The notes under the pieces: model-generated
Told to the model about the DNA's origin: nothing
The model's database searches: none
Seen by the model: the letters and a program-made list of their open reading frames with translations, nothing else
NCBI GenBank assembly: GCA_900541415.1
Contig: UQJP01000023.1
Coordinates: forward strand, 3,544 to 67,543
Source: an uncultured Odoribacter sp.
GTDB lineage: Bacteria; Bacteroidota; Bacteroidia; Bacteroidales; Marinifilaceae
DNA: 64,000 bases
Direction: 5' to 3'
Made by a program: the position numbers and the translations under genes
In this document: piece after piece, positions 50,707 to 58,784 of the stretch
How positions within the stretch are numbered: the stretch's first letter is position 1
Layout of the letters: every line of letters starts with the position of its first letter

Positions 50707-50835
50707 TAGCCTCTTACCACATAACGCAAACACGCCGGAACGCAGCCAAAGGGTTATCCCCCCGGTTGTGCGTTCCGGCGCATCTGTGTTAGTATGTGGT
50801 AAGAGGCTACTAACGATCGGGGGGCTTTTTCTTTT
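50706..50835 (+). ncRNA. Putative bistable structured RNA upstream of and antisense to the methyltransferase
   Basis: Perfect 18-bp (50706-23/50793-810) and 12-bp (50733-44/50769-80) stems; alternative three-way junction at 50758-50824; G:U pairs favour the + strand; 3' U-tract. Confidence 0.6.
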
Positions 50836-50876
50836 CCCCCCGGAAAATGATTTATATTTTACTTCGGTTCAATTGA

Positions 50877-50903
50877 ATAATAACCGTTATCTACGGTTAT
50901 TAT
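50877..50903 (-). terminator. Hairpin after the tail fibre stop (possible terminator)
   Basis: ATAATAACCGT-tatct-ACGGTTATTAT, 11-bp stem. Confidence 0.45.
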
Positions 50904-50922
50904 ACCCTATTAATATGTTGCA

Positions 50923-53859
50923 TTAATGCGGAACAGGAGTGATCGTTAATAATCCTGCGCTGGTCACTATGACCTTCATATATTGAATCATATCTGAACT
51001 GTCCAGTCCACAAAATGTAAACTTTATCGCAACCCCCTCCATCTGGGCAGCTCCAATTGCCCATAGCCTGTGACCCGTAGAATATCCCAGTTCTTCGGAA
51101 AGGCTAATACCTATCCGGGGGATGTCTACACGGGTGGACAGTAATGTGAATGTAGCTTTGAATACAGCAATGTTATTCTGTATTGCTTCCGGGGTATCTC
51201 GGGTGTCCAGCATAAGAGTAGTCCCGGCTATATCGTCTTTAAATGCCAATTCCTTGTTATCATAGTACAATTTTCCGTCTGCCGCAATGCTGACATACTT
51301 ACCTGTGGCATAATTCATTATTTGAATGTCTTTTGTCGGATAAGCACCAAAACCGATGTAACCAATGTTCCCGGTAGCATCCTTGAACATGAGTACATGC
51401 TCCGGGGCAGACACGAGCATATTGAATCGTCCGTTAGATAAGGTTTGTTCACCGCTATTTTTAAGTGTGTCTGACAAATCATCCACAAAGGCTAATCGCT
51501 TCCATTCTGTCCAGCCCTTTCTGTTGAATTGAGTTCGCCAGTATGGCCTGTCTTCTCCATGGGCGTGTGCGATTTGGAACACCCAATCACCACCAGCAGG
51601 GCCTTGAATGTTATTACTCACCTGTAATATACTTCCATAAGTACCCGGTCCAGGGCGAGTTCCGCCGGATTCAGGGGTATAGCCAGCGGAAACGAATCCC
51701 TTCGTATCATCTACATCAATTGGATAGAATACCCGTCCAAATGACATCCTGTCAAGCCCGCCTAAAGTATCGGCGTTACCTCCGTTGGCGGGGAGAGAGG
51801 TCGGAATTTGGTCTTTCGTCGCAATCTCTTTATTGTTTGAATAACACTTTCCATCTGGAGCAGCCGCAATTTTTGCGCCACTTTCTGCATTCCATAAGAT
51901 AATACCGTCTGAAGCTATATCCGACATGCCAGAACTACCCTTGACTACATCATTACTTTTAAACACAACTCTTGCTGAGGCACTATTTAGATTCAATTTC
52001 CCGTTGATAGTTTGATCTCCTGTGCTTTTAATCACATCAGACAAGCTCGGAATATCCGTGGTATAAGCAATGGTTTTCCAGCCTGTATATCTGTTCGAAT
52101 CAACAGTCTTTCGAACTTGGATATGATCATCCTCGCCATACCCGACATACATCTCTACACCAGAAGCAGAGGCTGCCGGATTCCTAAATACAATCAGGCA
52201 CATCGCAGAATCTCCATCGTATACTCTATAAGTCCCGGAAGTTCTGTTCACAAAGGTATCCAGGTCACTATGATTAAGTGAGAGCACTCCCGAAACAAAC
52301 AAGTCAGAAGAATGCTTACCATCTACTGTATCAGCATTCCCCCCGTTAGCTGGTAACGCCGCCGGGAAATCGGTAATCTGGGCTTTCGAGTGCGTATGCA
52401 CAAGGTCAGCTTTCCCGCCGATCAGCGCCATGATCGACGTGGCAAAGTTCGGATCGTTCCCCAGCGCGGCGGCAAGCTCGTTCAACGTGTCAAGGGTTTC
52501 AGGGGCACTTCCGACGATTTCAGCAACCTTTTGGGCGGCATATTCTTTAGCCGCCTGTAATCCGTCAGCGTCCTTATTATCCACCTCCGCGCGGGTATAC
52601 TTATCAGCCCAGCCAGCCTTTTCCGCGTCTGTTACCAATCGGTTATCGGCGTCCTGTGTCAGGTCGGCTGCCCGGCCTGTGAACGCCACCGCTTTTAAGT
52701 CGGCAAACCAGCGTTTAAGCTTTCCGAAAAGCACCGAATGTTTTTCCCCGGAGGCGATATTCGTCCGGGCATCCTGATCGGGAAAAGTCACAATACAGTC
52801 CTTTGTGTCCCCCTCAACCAATCCACCACCTCCGGCTATTGTCAGTGAGAATTTTTTCAGATAATTTTCCCAATTGTATGTTCCAGTGGCTGCTGAAAGA
52901 TCGGTAAACACACGGGTTTCCACCCAAAGCTCCTGCCGTCCGTCTATCTCTTTCAGATAGGATATTTCCATCGTTCCGGCGAATATCGGACTTTCCAAAG
53001 ATTCATCCAATGGCGTGAACTCATACGACGCAGGGCAATACATACCGGAATCGGGCGTCTTCAACGACACCTGCGGGTGGTTTCCCTTAGTCAGCTCTTT
53101 GTATAGTTCATACCAATTCTTATCGGCACTATTGATAATCCCGTTCCCGTCTTCGGTCAGTTCGATGCCATACACCGGATGCTGATCTTCATAATTCTGA
53201 TATGCAATCCTAACCTTCGTCCCCCGGATATTGATAATGATACAATACGCCGCCGGATATTCAGGGGCATCTGCCGATGTGACTACGATCGAAGAATTGA
53301 ACAGCATCTGAACATTGGGATAAGTGTTTCCTTCTGTCCACTTTTCGTTGCTTTTTGAAACAATGCCATAATACACCGGGGCATCTTCACTCGTATAGTC
53401 TTTTTTCCACTTATACAGCAAATAAACGGGCTTAGAAAACAATGTTCCATCAGTCAGTCGTTCCTGTACGGTGGCGATTATTTCCGCCTCCATATCTGCC
53501 GATCCTTTGGTGAAGTCCGCCGGGATAATGATGATCGAATTACTGCTAAGTTGTTCCAGTTCCGCGCGAGTGGCATAGGTGGTATTCGGGTTAGCGGCAA
53601 GGTTGTCGAGCTTACCCTGTTCGGCGATAGTCTTATGCTTCGTGTCGTCCGCCCGGTGGCGGACAAAGTCGGCATACAGGTTATTCACATCCATTTGTTC
53701 AGCTTTTTTATTCAGCGTGTCTTCCAGCCCTTCAATATTGGCGGTTGGGATCGTGTCGGTCTTATGCCAGAAGCTGTCTATCCACGCGGCGAATTGCGTG
53801 GCGAGTGGTTTCATACCGCGCTGAAACCAGCCTTTCAAAGTGTTTCTATCTGTTATCAT
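50923..53859 (-). CDS. Phage tail fibre / receptor-binding protein (mosaic)
   Basis: APETLDTLNELAAALGNDPNFA fibre motif, HTHSKAQITD, two PANGGNADT-led modules; last structural gene of the tail operon. Confidence 0.85.
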   Translation of the reverse strand: MITDRNTLKGWFQRGMKPLATQFAAWIDSFWHKTDTIPTANIEGLEDTLNKKAEQMDVNNLYADFVRHRADDTKHKTIAEQGKLDNLAANPNTTYATRAELEQLSSNSIIIIPADFTKGSADMEAEIIATVQERLTDGTLFSKPVYLLYKWKKDYTSEDAPVYYGIVSKSNEKWTEGNTYPNVQMLFNSSIVVTSADAPEYPAAYCIIINIRGTKVRIAYQNYEDQHPVYGIELTEDGNGIINSADKNWYELYKELTKGNHPQVSLKTPDSGMYCPASYEFTPLDESLESPIFAGTMEISYLKEIDGRQELWVETRVFTDLSAATGTYNWENYLKKFSLTIAGGGGLVEGDTKDCIVTFPDQDARTNIASGEKHSVLFGKLKRWFADLKAVAFTGRAADLTQDADNRLVTDAEKAGWADKYTRAEVDNKDADGLQAAKEYAAQKVAEIVGSAPETLDTLNELAAALGNDPNFATSIMALIGGKADLVHTHSKAQITDFPAALPANGGNADTVDGKHSSDLFVSGVLSLNHSDLDTFVNRTSGTYRVYDGDSAMCLIVFRNPAASASGVEMYVGYGEDDHIQVRKTVDSNRYTGWKTIAYTTDIPSLSDVIKSTGDQTINGKLNLNSASARVVFKSNDVVKGSSGMSDIASDGIILWNAESGAKIAAAPDGKCYSNNKEIATKDQIPTSLPANGGNADTLGGLDRMSFGRVFYPIDVDDTKGFVSAGYTPESGGTRPGPGTYGSILQVSNNIQGPAGGDWVFQIAHAHGEDRPYWRTQFNRKGWTEWKRLAFVDDLSDTLKNSGEQTLSNGRFNMLVSAPEHVLMFKDATGNIGYIGFGAYPTKDIQIMNYATGKYVSIAADGKLYYDNKELAFKDDIAGTTLMLDTRDTPEAIQNNIAVFKATFTLLSTRVDIPRIGISLSEELGYSTGHRLWAIGAAQMEGVAIKFTFCGLDSSDMIQYMKVIVTSAGLLTITPVPH

Positions 53860-53869
53860 TGCTGTGTGA

Positions 53870-54697
53870 TTAAAGTTTCATGATATAAGCCAGCACGTAA
53901 TAAGGCGGACGGATGTCGAATGCCTGTCCGCTTCCGACGGTTTCCAACCCTATATCAACGCCTTTATCCTCTGCTACATAGTTGGTTTCTAAAACGCCGT
54001 ATGTACCGGAATGGTCGAGGTTATGGTCATCACCCCTTTTCGTAGCTTTGTGTGTGTGGGCGGGCATATTGGCTACTTCCAATGTTGCCGTTTTACCGCC
54101 GCCCGATTTGCCGACGCTGTTGTAATCGGCATCGTCCCGGTTATATCCCACCACGAATCGCCCGCGTAGATCGGGGGTTTTCTGTGTGCCGTCGCACAAC
54201 GCCCAGCCTTCCGGTATCTTGTCCGGCGATCCGCTCCACATGACCACCACGCCCGCCGGAATGGTCGTACTGCCTAACTTCTTGATCTCATCATCCACAT
54301 ATTGCGTGGTCGCTTTGTTCATGTCCAATTGCTGATTCGTCGGCAGGGGATTGAACGCAGCCCACGGCAGGTAGTTTTCGCCCGTACCCGTGCCGAATTT
54401 GGCATAACGGCGAATCCGGGCGCGTTCGAAGGTCATTCCGTTAGCGTTCACATCTTCCGCTTCTTCGATAACGGCGATCGTACTTGCCACCGTGCCGCCC
54501 TGAAACGGCAGTAGTTCGCCGTTTACCACGATCCAGCCGTCGCTGACGGTTTTTCCCGTCGTTTCACAACCGCTCAATATGTAGTTCTTTCCGCCGATCA
54601 GCGTTAATAGCCCGCAGGAATTAATCATTTCCTGCATGAAAGCCATTGCCTGTATAGACAGGGGGTATTGCCCGTCTTTAAAGTTCAGTTCGTTCAT
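53870..54697 (-). CDS. Tail collar / short fibre protein
   Basis: IPAGVVVMWSG...PEGWALCDG...PDLRGRF, MPAHTH, RPPYYVLAYIMK motifs. Confidence 0.85.
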   Translation of the reverse strand: MNELNFKDGQYPLSIQAMAFMQEMINSCGLLTLIGGKNYILSGCETTGKTVSDGWIVVNGELLPFQGGTVASTIAVIEEAEDVNANGMTFERARIRRYAKFGTGTGENYLPWAAFNPLPTNQQLDMNKATTQYVDDEIKKLGSTTIPAGVVVMWSGSPDKIPEGWALCDGTQKTPDLRGRFVVGYNRDDADYNSVGKSGGGKTATLEVANMPAHTHKATKRGDDHNLDHSGTYGVLETNYVAEDKGVDIGLETVGSGQAFDIRPPYYVLAYIMKL

Positions 54698-55188
54698 ATC
54701 GTATAATTAATAATATATGTCTTACTCAATAGTTTATATTCGTTCAATAGCGACCGCAGGCGGTTGGTGGAATCTTCCATTTGAGCGTTCCACGGAACGG
54801 TGACAGTGAAGAAGGATGTGTTTTCCAGTATTGCCGCTTCGTCGTAAAGGATATGCACAGCAGCGCCCGGCTCGCTGCGGATCAGGGTTTGATAACTGGT
54901 ACTTTCGTCATAAATCATTAGCCAGTTACCGGGCTGGCTGGCATCTTCCAGCGTAATCCGGCGTTGCACCGGGTCGAGTTCGTCGTTCAGTAATGCCCGT
55001 AGATAACACACCTGTCCGTTCCGGCGGCAGCGAAGCAGGTTTGCTTCCCGTTGCCGGGAGAACTGGCGGTGCAGTTCTTCCACGCCGAAAGTCATTGCTG
55101 TTAAAAACGCATATATCCGGGGACGGCGTAGGAAGGTTGGCAATAGCAGCAGCACCAGCCGTTTATAATCGATTTCAAACCACTTCAT
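54694..55188 (-). CDS. Putative baseplate wedge protein (gpI/gp48-like)
   Basis: Position after the baseplate J-like gene; LLPTFLR and GQVCYLRALLND motifs; start uncertain. Confidence 0.65.
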   Translation of the reverse strand: MKWFEIDYKRLVLLLLPTFLRRPRIYAFLTAMTFGVEELHRQFSRQREANLLRCRRNGQVCYLRALLNDELDPVQRRITLEDASQPGNWLMIYDESTSYQTLIRSEPGAAVHILYDEAAILENTSFFTVTVPWNAQMEDSTNRLRSLLNEYKLLSKTYIINYTI

Positions 55189-56020
55189 AGGCGATCGCAT
55201 TAATGTTTAATTCTTCCGGGGCAACGCTGAAATATCCGCTTTCCGGGGTGCACCGTGCGGCAATCACCGCGCCGTTGGCGGTGGCTGCGTGCAGGTCTAT
55301 CAATTCGACGCCTTCCACGGCGGACAGGGCATTAATTAGGGCGCTGTTCCGGTACTCTCCGTTAAATTGCAGGTTTTCCACAAAATCGGTTATTGTGTCG
55401 TGTACTGTCGTTCCTGTCCCGTCGAGGCGTTCCAGCTTGCCATTGAAGATTTGCGGGTTGTAATATATGTCTATATCGATCCCGAATCGGTCGGCTTCCC
55501 GGTTTACAACCGAAAGAGCCACCCCGGCGTCTTTCACTTCTTTGAAGTAGGATTTCAGCGCGGTGCATTCTTCTTCGCTCAACGGGTGGCGGTTGCCTTC
55601 TTCGCCTCCGGCAACTTTCACATAGACTACGGCGGCGACTTCCACGACGGCGGCATACTTCACCACCCGCCGGGCGGCGACTTCTTCCGCCGTCAGTCCG
55701 GTGTTGTCGTAGGTGTCGGTGTCCGGGACGAGGCTTTGCCCGAATTGGAACATAAGGGCTTTGTTCCTGTACCAGTTCCGGGTGTGGGGCTTTAGTTCGT
55801 TGATCAGGTCGGTTACTTCCTGTTTGTGAATATCGAACAAAGTTTCCAGCGTCCACACGGCAACGGCGACGATGTAAAATAGGATGCTTTCCAGACTGAC
55901 GGATGAAAATTGTTCTTCAAAGGTTTTGCCGGGAGCGAGATCGTATAACGCCTTTATCGTATCGTTCGCGGTGAAGGCTTCTGTCATGCCTTGTTTGATT
56001 ACTTCGATAGTTCTTGCCAT
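55175..56020 (-). CDS. Putative baseplate J-like wedge protein
   Basis: MARTIEVIK N-terminus, WYRNKALMFQ, SAVEGVE; position in the baseplate cluster. Confidence 0.7.
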   Translation of the reverse strand: MARTIEVIKQGMTEAFTANDTIKALYDLAPGKTFEEQFSSVSLESILFYIVAVAVWTLETLFDIHKQEVTDLINELKPHTRNWYRNKALMFQFGQSLVPDTDTYDNTGLTAEEVAARRVVKYAAVVEVAAVVYVKVAGGEEGNRHPLSEEECTALKSYFKEVKDAGVALSVVNREADRFGIDIDIYYNPQIFNGKLERLDGTGTTVHDTITDFVENLQFNGEYRNSALINALSAVEGVELIDLHAATANGAVIAARCTPESGYFSVAPEELNINAIAYEVV

Positions 56021-56310
56021 TATGATATTTTAAAATCTAATTCAATGCTCCAATATTCCACGCCTTCGGGCATGATTTTACTTTCTTCCGTGATGGCGGT
56101 CGAGGGAATCACGCGGTTGTTGGTATAGTGTTGCACCACCTGTTTATCCCGGATACTGTTCGCATTGTATTCCAAGCCCTGCCCGGGAGCGAGGGCGTCG
56201 GTAATCGACATCCCGTTCACTTTTGCCAATTCGAACACCGCCTCGATACTTCCGCACACTTGTAAGGAGAGGTCGAACAGAGATTGCCGATCGGCTGCCG
56301 TTATTTTCAT
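56020..56310 (-). CDS. LysM-like / gpX-like baseplate protein
   Basis: QSLFDLSLQVCGSIEAVFELAKVNG...LAPGQGL LysM-like pattern. Confidence 0.7.
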   Translation of the reverse strand: MKITAADRQSLFDLSLQVCGSIEAVFELAKVNGMSITDALAPGQGLEYNANSIRDKQVVQHYTNNRVIPSTAITEESKIMPEGVEYWSIELDFKIS

Positions 56311-56579
56311 TCGATGCTAATTATATTATCTTCCATATATACCCGCTTTATCGCCAACCCCGATGCTTGCAACATCTTTTTGGCATTAGCACACCAGAGA
56401 GCGGGCATGTCCCCGTTTTGTAACCGGATCACCTCCGCCCCTAACAGGGGAGCTTCTTTATATTCACCCCGGTTGGCTCGCAATACGCATTCCGCAATCA
56501 TGGCTTCGTTGTCGCCAATGGTCAGGCTGCCGCCTTCCACCAGCAAATCATTGTCTGTATTTAAAAGTATGCCTTTCAT
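56307..56579 (-). CDS. Putative gp25/gpW-like sheath initiator
   Basis: 90 aa with GEYKEAPLLG motif; directly after the spike gene. Confidence 0.6.
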   Translation of the reverse strand: MKGILLNTDNDLLVEGGSLTIGDNEAMIAECVLRANRGEYKEAPLLGAEVIRLQNGDMPALWCANAKKMLQASGLAIKRVYMEDNIISIE

Positions 56580-57185
56580 TTACTGCTTTATTTTAGGGTT
56601 TTCGTAATCCGAGACAGACACATGCTTTTGTTTTGCGATAATCGCCGGAACCGATACCGGGGCAGCGTTCGATTGAGCCGTTGCCGATCCTGTAACGGCT
56701 ATACCTCCTGTCGCGATTTCGTGCGTATGGGCGTTAAAGGCATCGATCAGTTCATTGAGTTTGTCTGTTAACTCCTGAATCTTTACCAATCCGCCCAACC
56801 CTCCGCCGTTCATCACAATACCGGAAGAATCCACTTTCACCGTGGTATCTTTCACAGCGATGTCGATTTGTCCGTCAGTGATCCGGGCATGAGCATCACC
56901 AATATCCACCAGATAACGGTCGATTTTTTCGGTTAAAATAACCACGGCGGCAGAAGGTGAAAGAAATCCTACCACGACATAACTACCGGGGGCAGGAATT
57001 GCCACAACGCCCGTTCCGGCGTCTTGGTTGGCTTGCAGGTTCACCCCCACAAGGGGCGCGCTTTCGTCGAGGGGGGAACAGTCCACCGTCCGGGCTTCCA
57101 CGTCCACCGCGTCTATCGTACAGATTTTGCAATATATTTCTGTACCTGCTGCCGATAATTGTTTGATTGCTTCCTGTATCGTCAT
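56580..57185 (-). CDS. Putative baseplate spike (gpV/gp45-like)
   Basis: OB-fold-like N-terminus with PAPGSYVVVG; C-terminal HTH (His-x-His) metal-binding motif. Confidence 0.7.
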   Translation of the reverse strand: MTIQEAIKQLSAAGTEIYCKICTIDAVDVEARTVDCSPLDESAPLVGVNLQANQDAGTGVVAIPAPGSYVVVGFLSPSAAVVILTEKIDRYLVDIGDAHARITDGQIDIAVKDTTVKVDSSGIVMNGGGLGGLVKIQELTDKLNELIDAFNAHTHEIATGGIAVTGSATAQSNAAPVSVPAIIAKQKHVSVSDYENPKIKQ

Positions 57186-58144
57186 TCCGCTACTCTTGCT
57201 CCTATCGTGATTTCTTGCCGGAATCCTTCCGGGGAATATTTAATGACATTCTTTTGCACCTGATACACGCCTTTTCGTTCGCCGTCGATCTTTATGCCGA
57301 TATGGTCGAGCTTATCGGCAAGTTCCGCCCCGAAGGTGGTAAACGATCCCGTCAGCCCGTCGCGTTTCAGCCGTTTCAATTCCTGCTCCGCCCATGCTTT
57401 CAACTCTTTTTCGGGTTTGTTGTAAGTATGCAGCGTGCGGGTTTCCCCGTCGGCATCGCCCACTTCCACCCGGATTTTCTTATTGTCCGGCAGCAGGGAT
57501 ATAGCCTTTACTTTTAATTTCATATCGGCGGCGCTCTGCACTTTGAGCTGGGTGTCGTCTATAATGTTCAATCCGGTAGCATACACCCCACGGTGCGGGG
57601 TGCTGCTTTGTTCGAACAACACGCCGCAATACAACACGGGTTCGTTGTTCTCAATACGAATAAACGACCGGATTCCGCCTTGGTCTTTCAGGTGTCCCAA
57701 TAGCGCGCTAACCGTGTCCGCCGTCACGCGGTATTGCCCGATGCTTTGTTCCCCGAATACCTTGTGTTTTATTCCGAGATTTTGGTCGCGTAATATTTGG
57801 TCGATCGTCGCCGATTTATACACCTTCTTTTTTGCCTCCTGTTGTTTGAGTTTGAACAGGTAATCTTCGCAACTGATTGAAAGCGGGGTTTTTAATCCAA
57901 TGGTGGTTACGAATCCCCGGAAAGCAAATTGCAAATGATCGTCATATCCGAGCCATACCGTCACCCCGTCGCCCCGTTTGATCGGCAGGACGTCCGAGCC
58001 CTGCCAAGTGATTTTTTTCGGAAGTTGCAAAACACAGGTGTCCGTCAGCGTGTCGATGTCCCGGGTAATTTCCACCGATGCCACTTTATCGAACACCCAT
58101 TTTTTTGCACTTTGAATTTCTATTTTTGCTGTCAGCCGGAACAT
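57182..58144 (-). CDS. Putative baseplate hub (gpD/gp44-like)
   Basis: TLTDTCVLQLP, RGDGVTVWLGY, GLTGSFTTFG; size and position. Confidence 0.75.
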   Translation of the reverse strand: MFRLTAKIEIQSAKKWVFDKVASVEITRDIDTLTDTCVLQLPKKITWQGSDVLPIKRGDGVTVWLGYDDHLQFAFRGFVTTIGLKTPLSISCEDYLFKLKQQEAKKKVYKSATIDQILRDQNLGIKHKVFGEQSIGQYRVTADTVSALLGHLKDQGGIRSFIRIENNEPVLYCGVLFEQSSTPHRGVYATGLNIIDDTQLKVQSAADMKLKVKAISLLPDNKKIRVEVGDADGETRTLHTYNKPEKELKAWAEQELKRLKRDGLTGSFTTFGAELADKLDHIGIKIDGERKGVYQVQKNVIKYSPEGFRQEITIGARVAE

Positions 58145-58169
58145 CGTTTAATCGTTATTTAAATGCTGT

Positions 58170-58778
58170 TTAATACTCTGAACTTTTAATGATATAATCT
58201 TCGTCGGACAGGGCTTTTATATCGATCACCTGACGATTGGAATGTGTTTCTTGGTTCAAAGAAAAACGGGTAATTACCATGCGGTCGATGCCGAATATTT
58301 CAAAAAATATGCTGGTTACTTCGATCGCTTTATTTTCTTCGAGGAACTCCCGCACCGTGCGTATCCCTTTACTGGGATATTCGTCCACGATTTGCCCGTT
58401 ATCATCCACCGCCGTAATACCTACGGTGATTCCAATATCGTAATCGCCGTTAGCAATGTATTCTTTTATTGTGCCGTCCAATCCCACAAGGGTAGTGCGT
58501 ACAATGTGTTTTTCCCGGGATATGTTCACCGTTGCGTCGTTTATCGTGAGGGTTTCCCCGTCTTCTTTGCGCAGGGTGATCTCGGTAAGAACGTACCGCC
58601 CCTCCCAATAACTCCGGTCGGTAACGGGAACCGTCAGCCCGGATGTGGCAAGTGTCCCGCCGTGTCCCGCCCAAGATGGCACCTCTTTATTAACCTGTGA
58701 AGGAGGCAGGTGGTATAATGCTGCCCGTGCTTGCCGGGCGATACCTGCCGCAATAAATTGAAAATTCAGTGCTTCCAT
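58170..58778 (-). CDS. DUF6046-like tail tube initiator
   Basis: IVRTTLVGLDGTIKEYI...DY and ALSD motifs; follows the tape measure gene. Confidence 0.65.
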   Translation of the reverse strand: MEALNFQFIAAGIARQARAALYHLPPSQVNKEVPSWAGHGGTLATSGLTVPVTDRSYWEGRYVLTEITLRKEDGETLTINDATVNISREKHIVRTTLVGLDGTIKEYIANGDYDIGITVGITAVDDNGQIVDEYPSKGIRTVREFLEENKAIEVTSIFFEIFGIDRMVITRFSLNQETHSNRQVIDIKALSDEDYIIKSSEY

Positions 58779-58784
58779 TTTATG

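Noticed and set aside
50923..53859. Diversity-generating retroelement or invertible fibre cassette
   Set aside because: No reverse transcriptase, no TR/VR-like nucleotide repeat and no invertase or inverted fibre cassette seen in this window.
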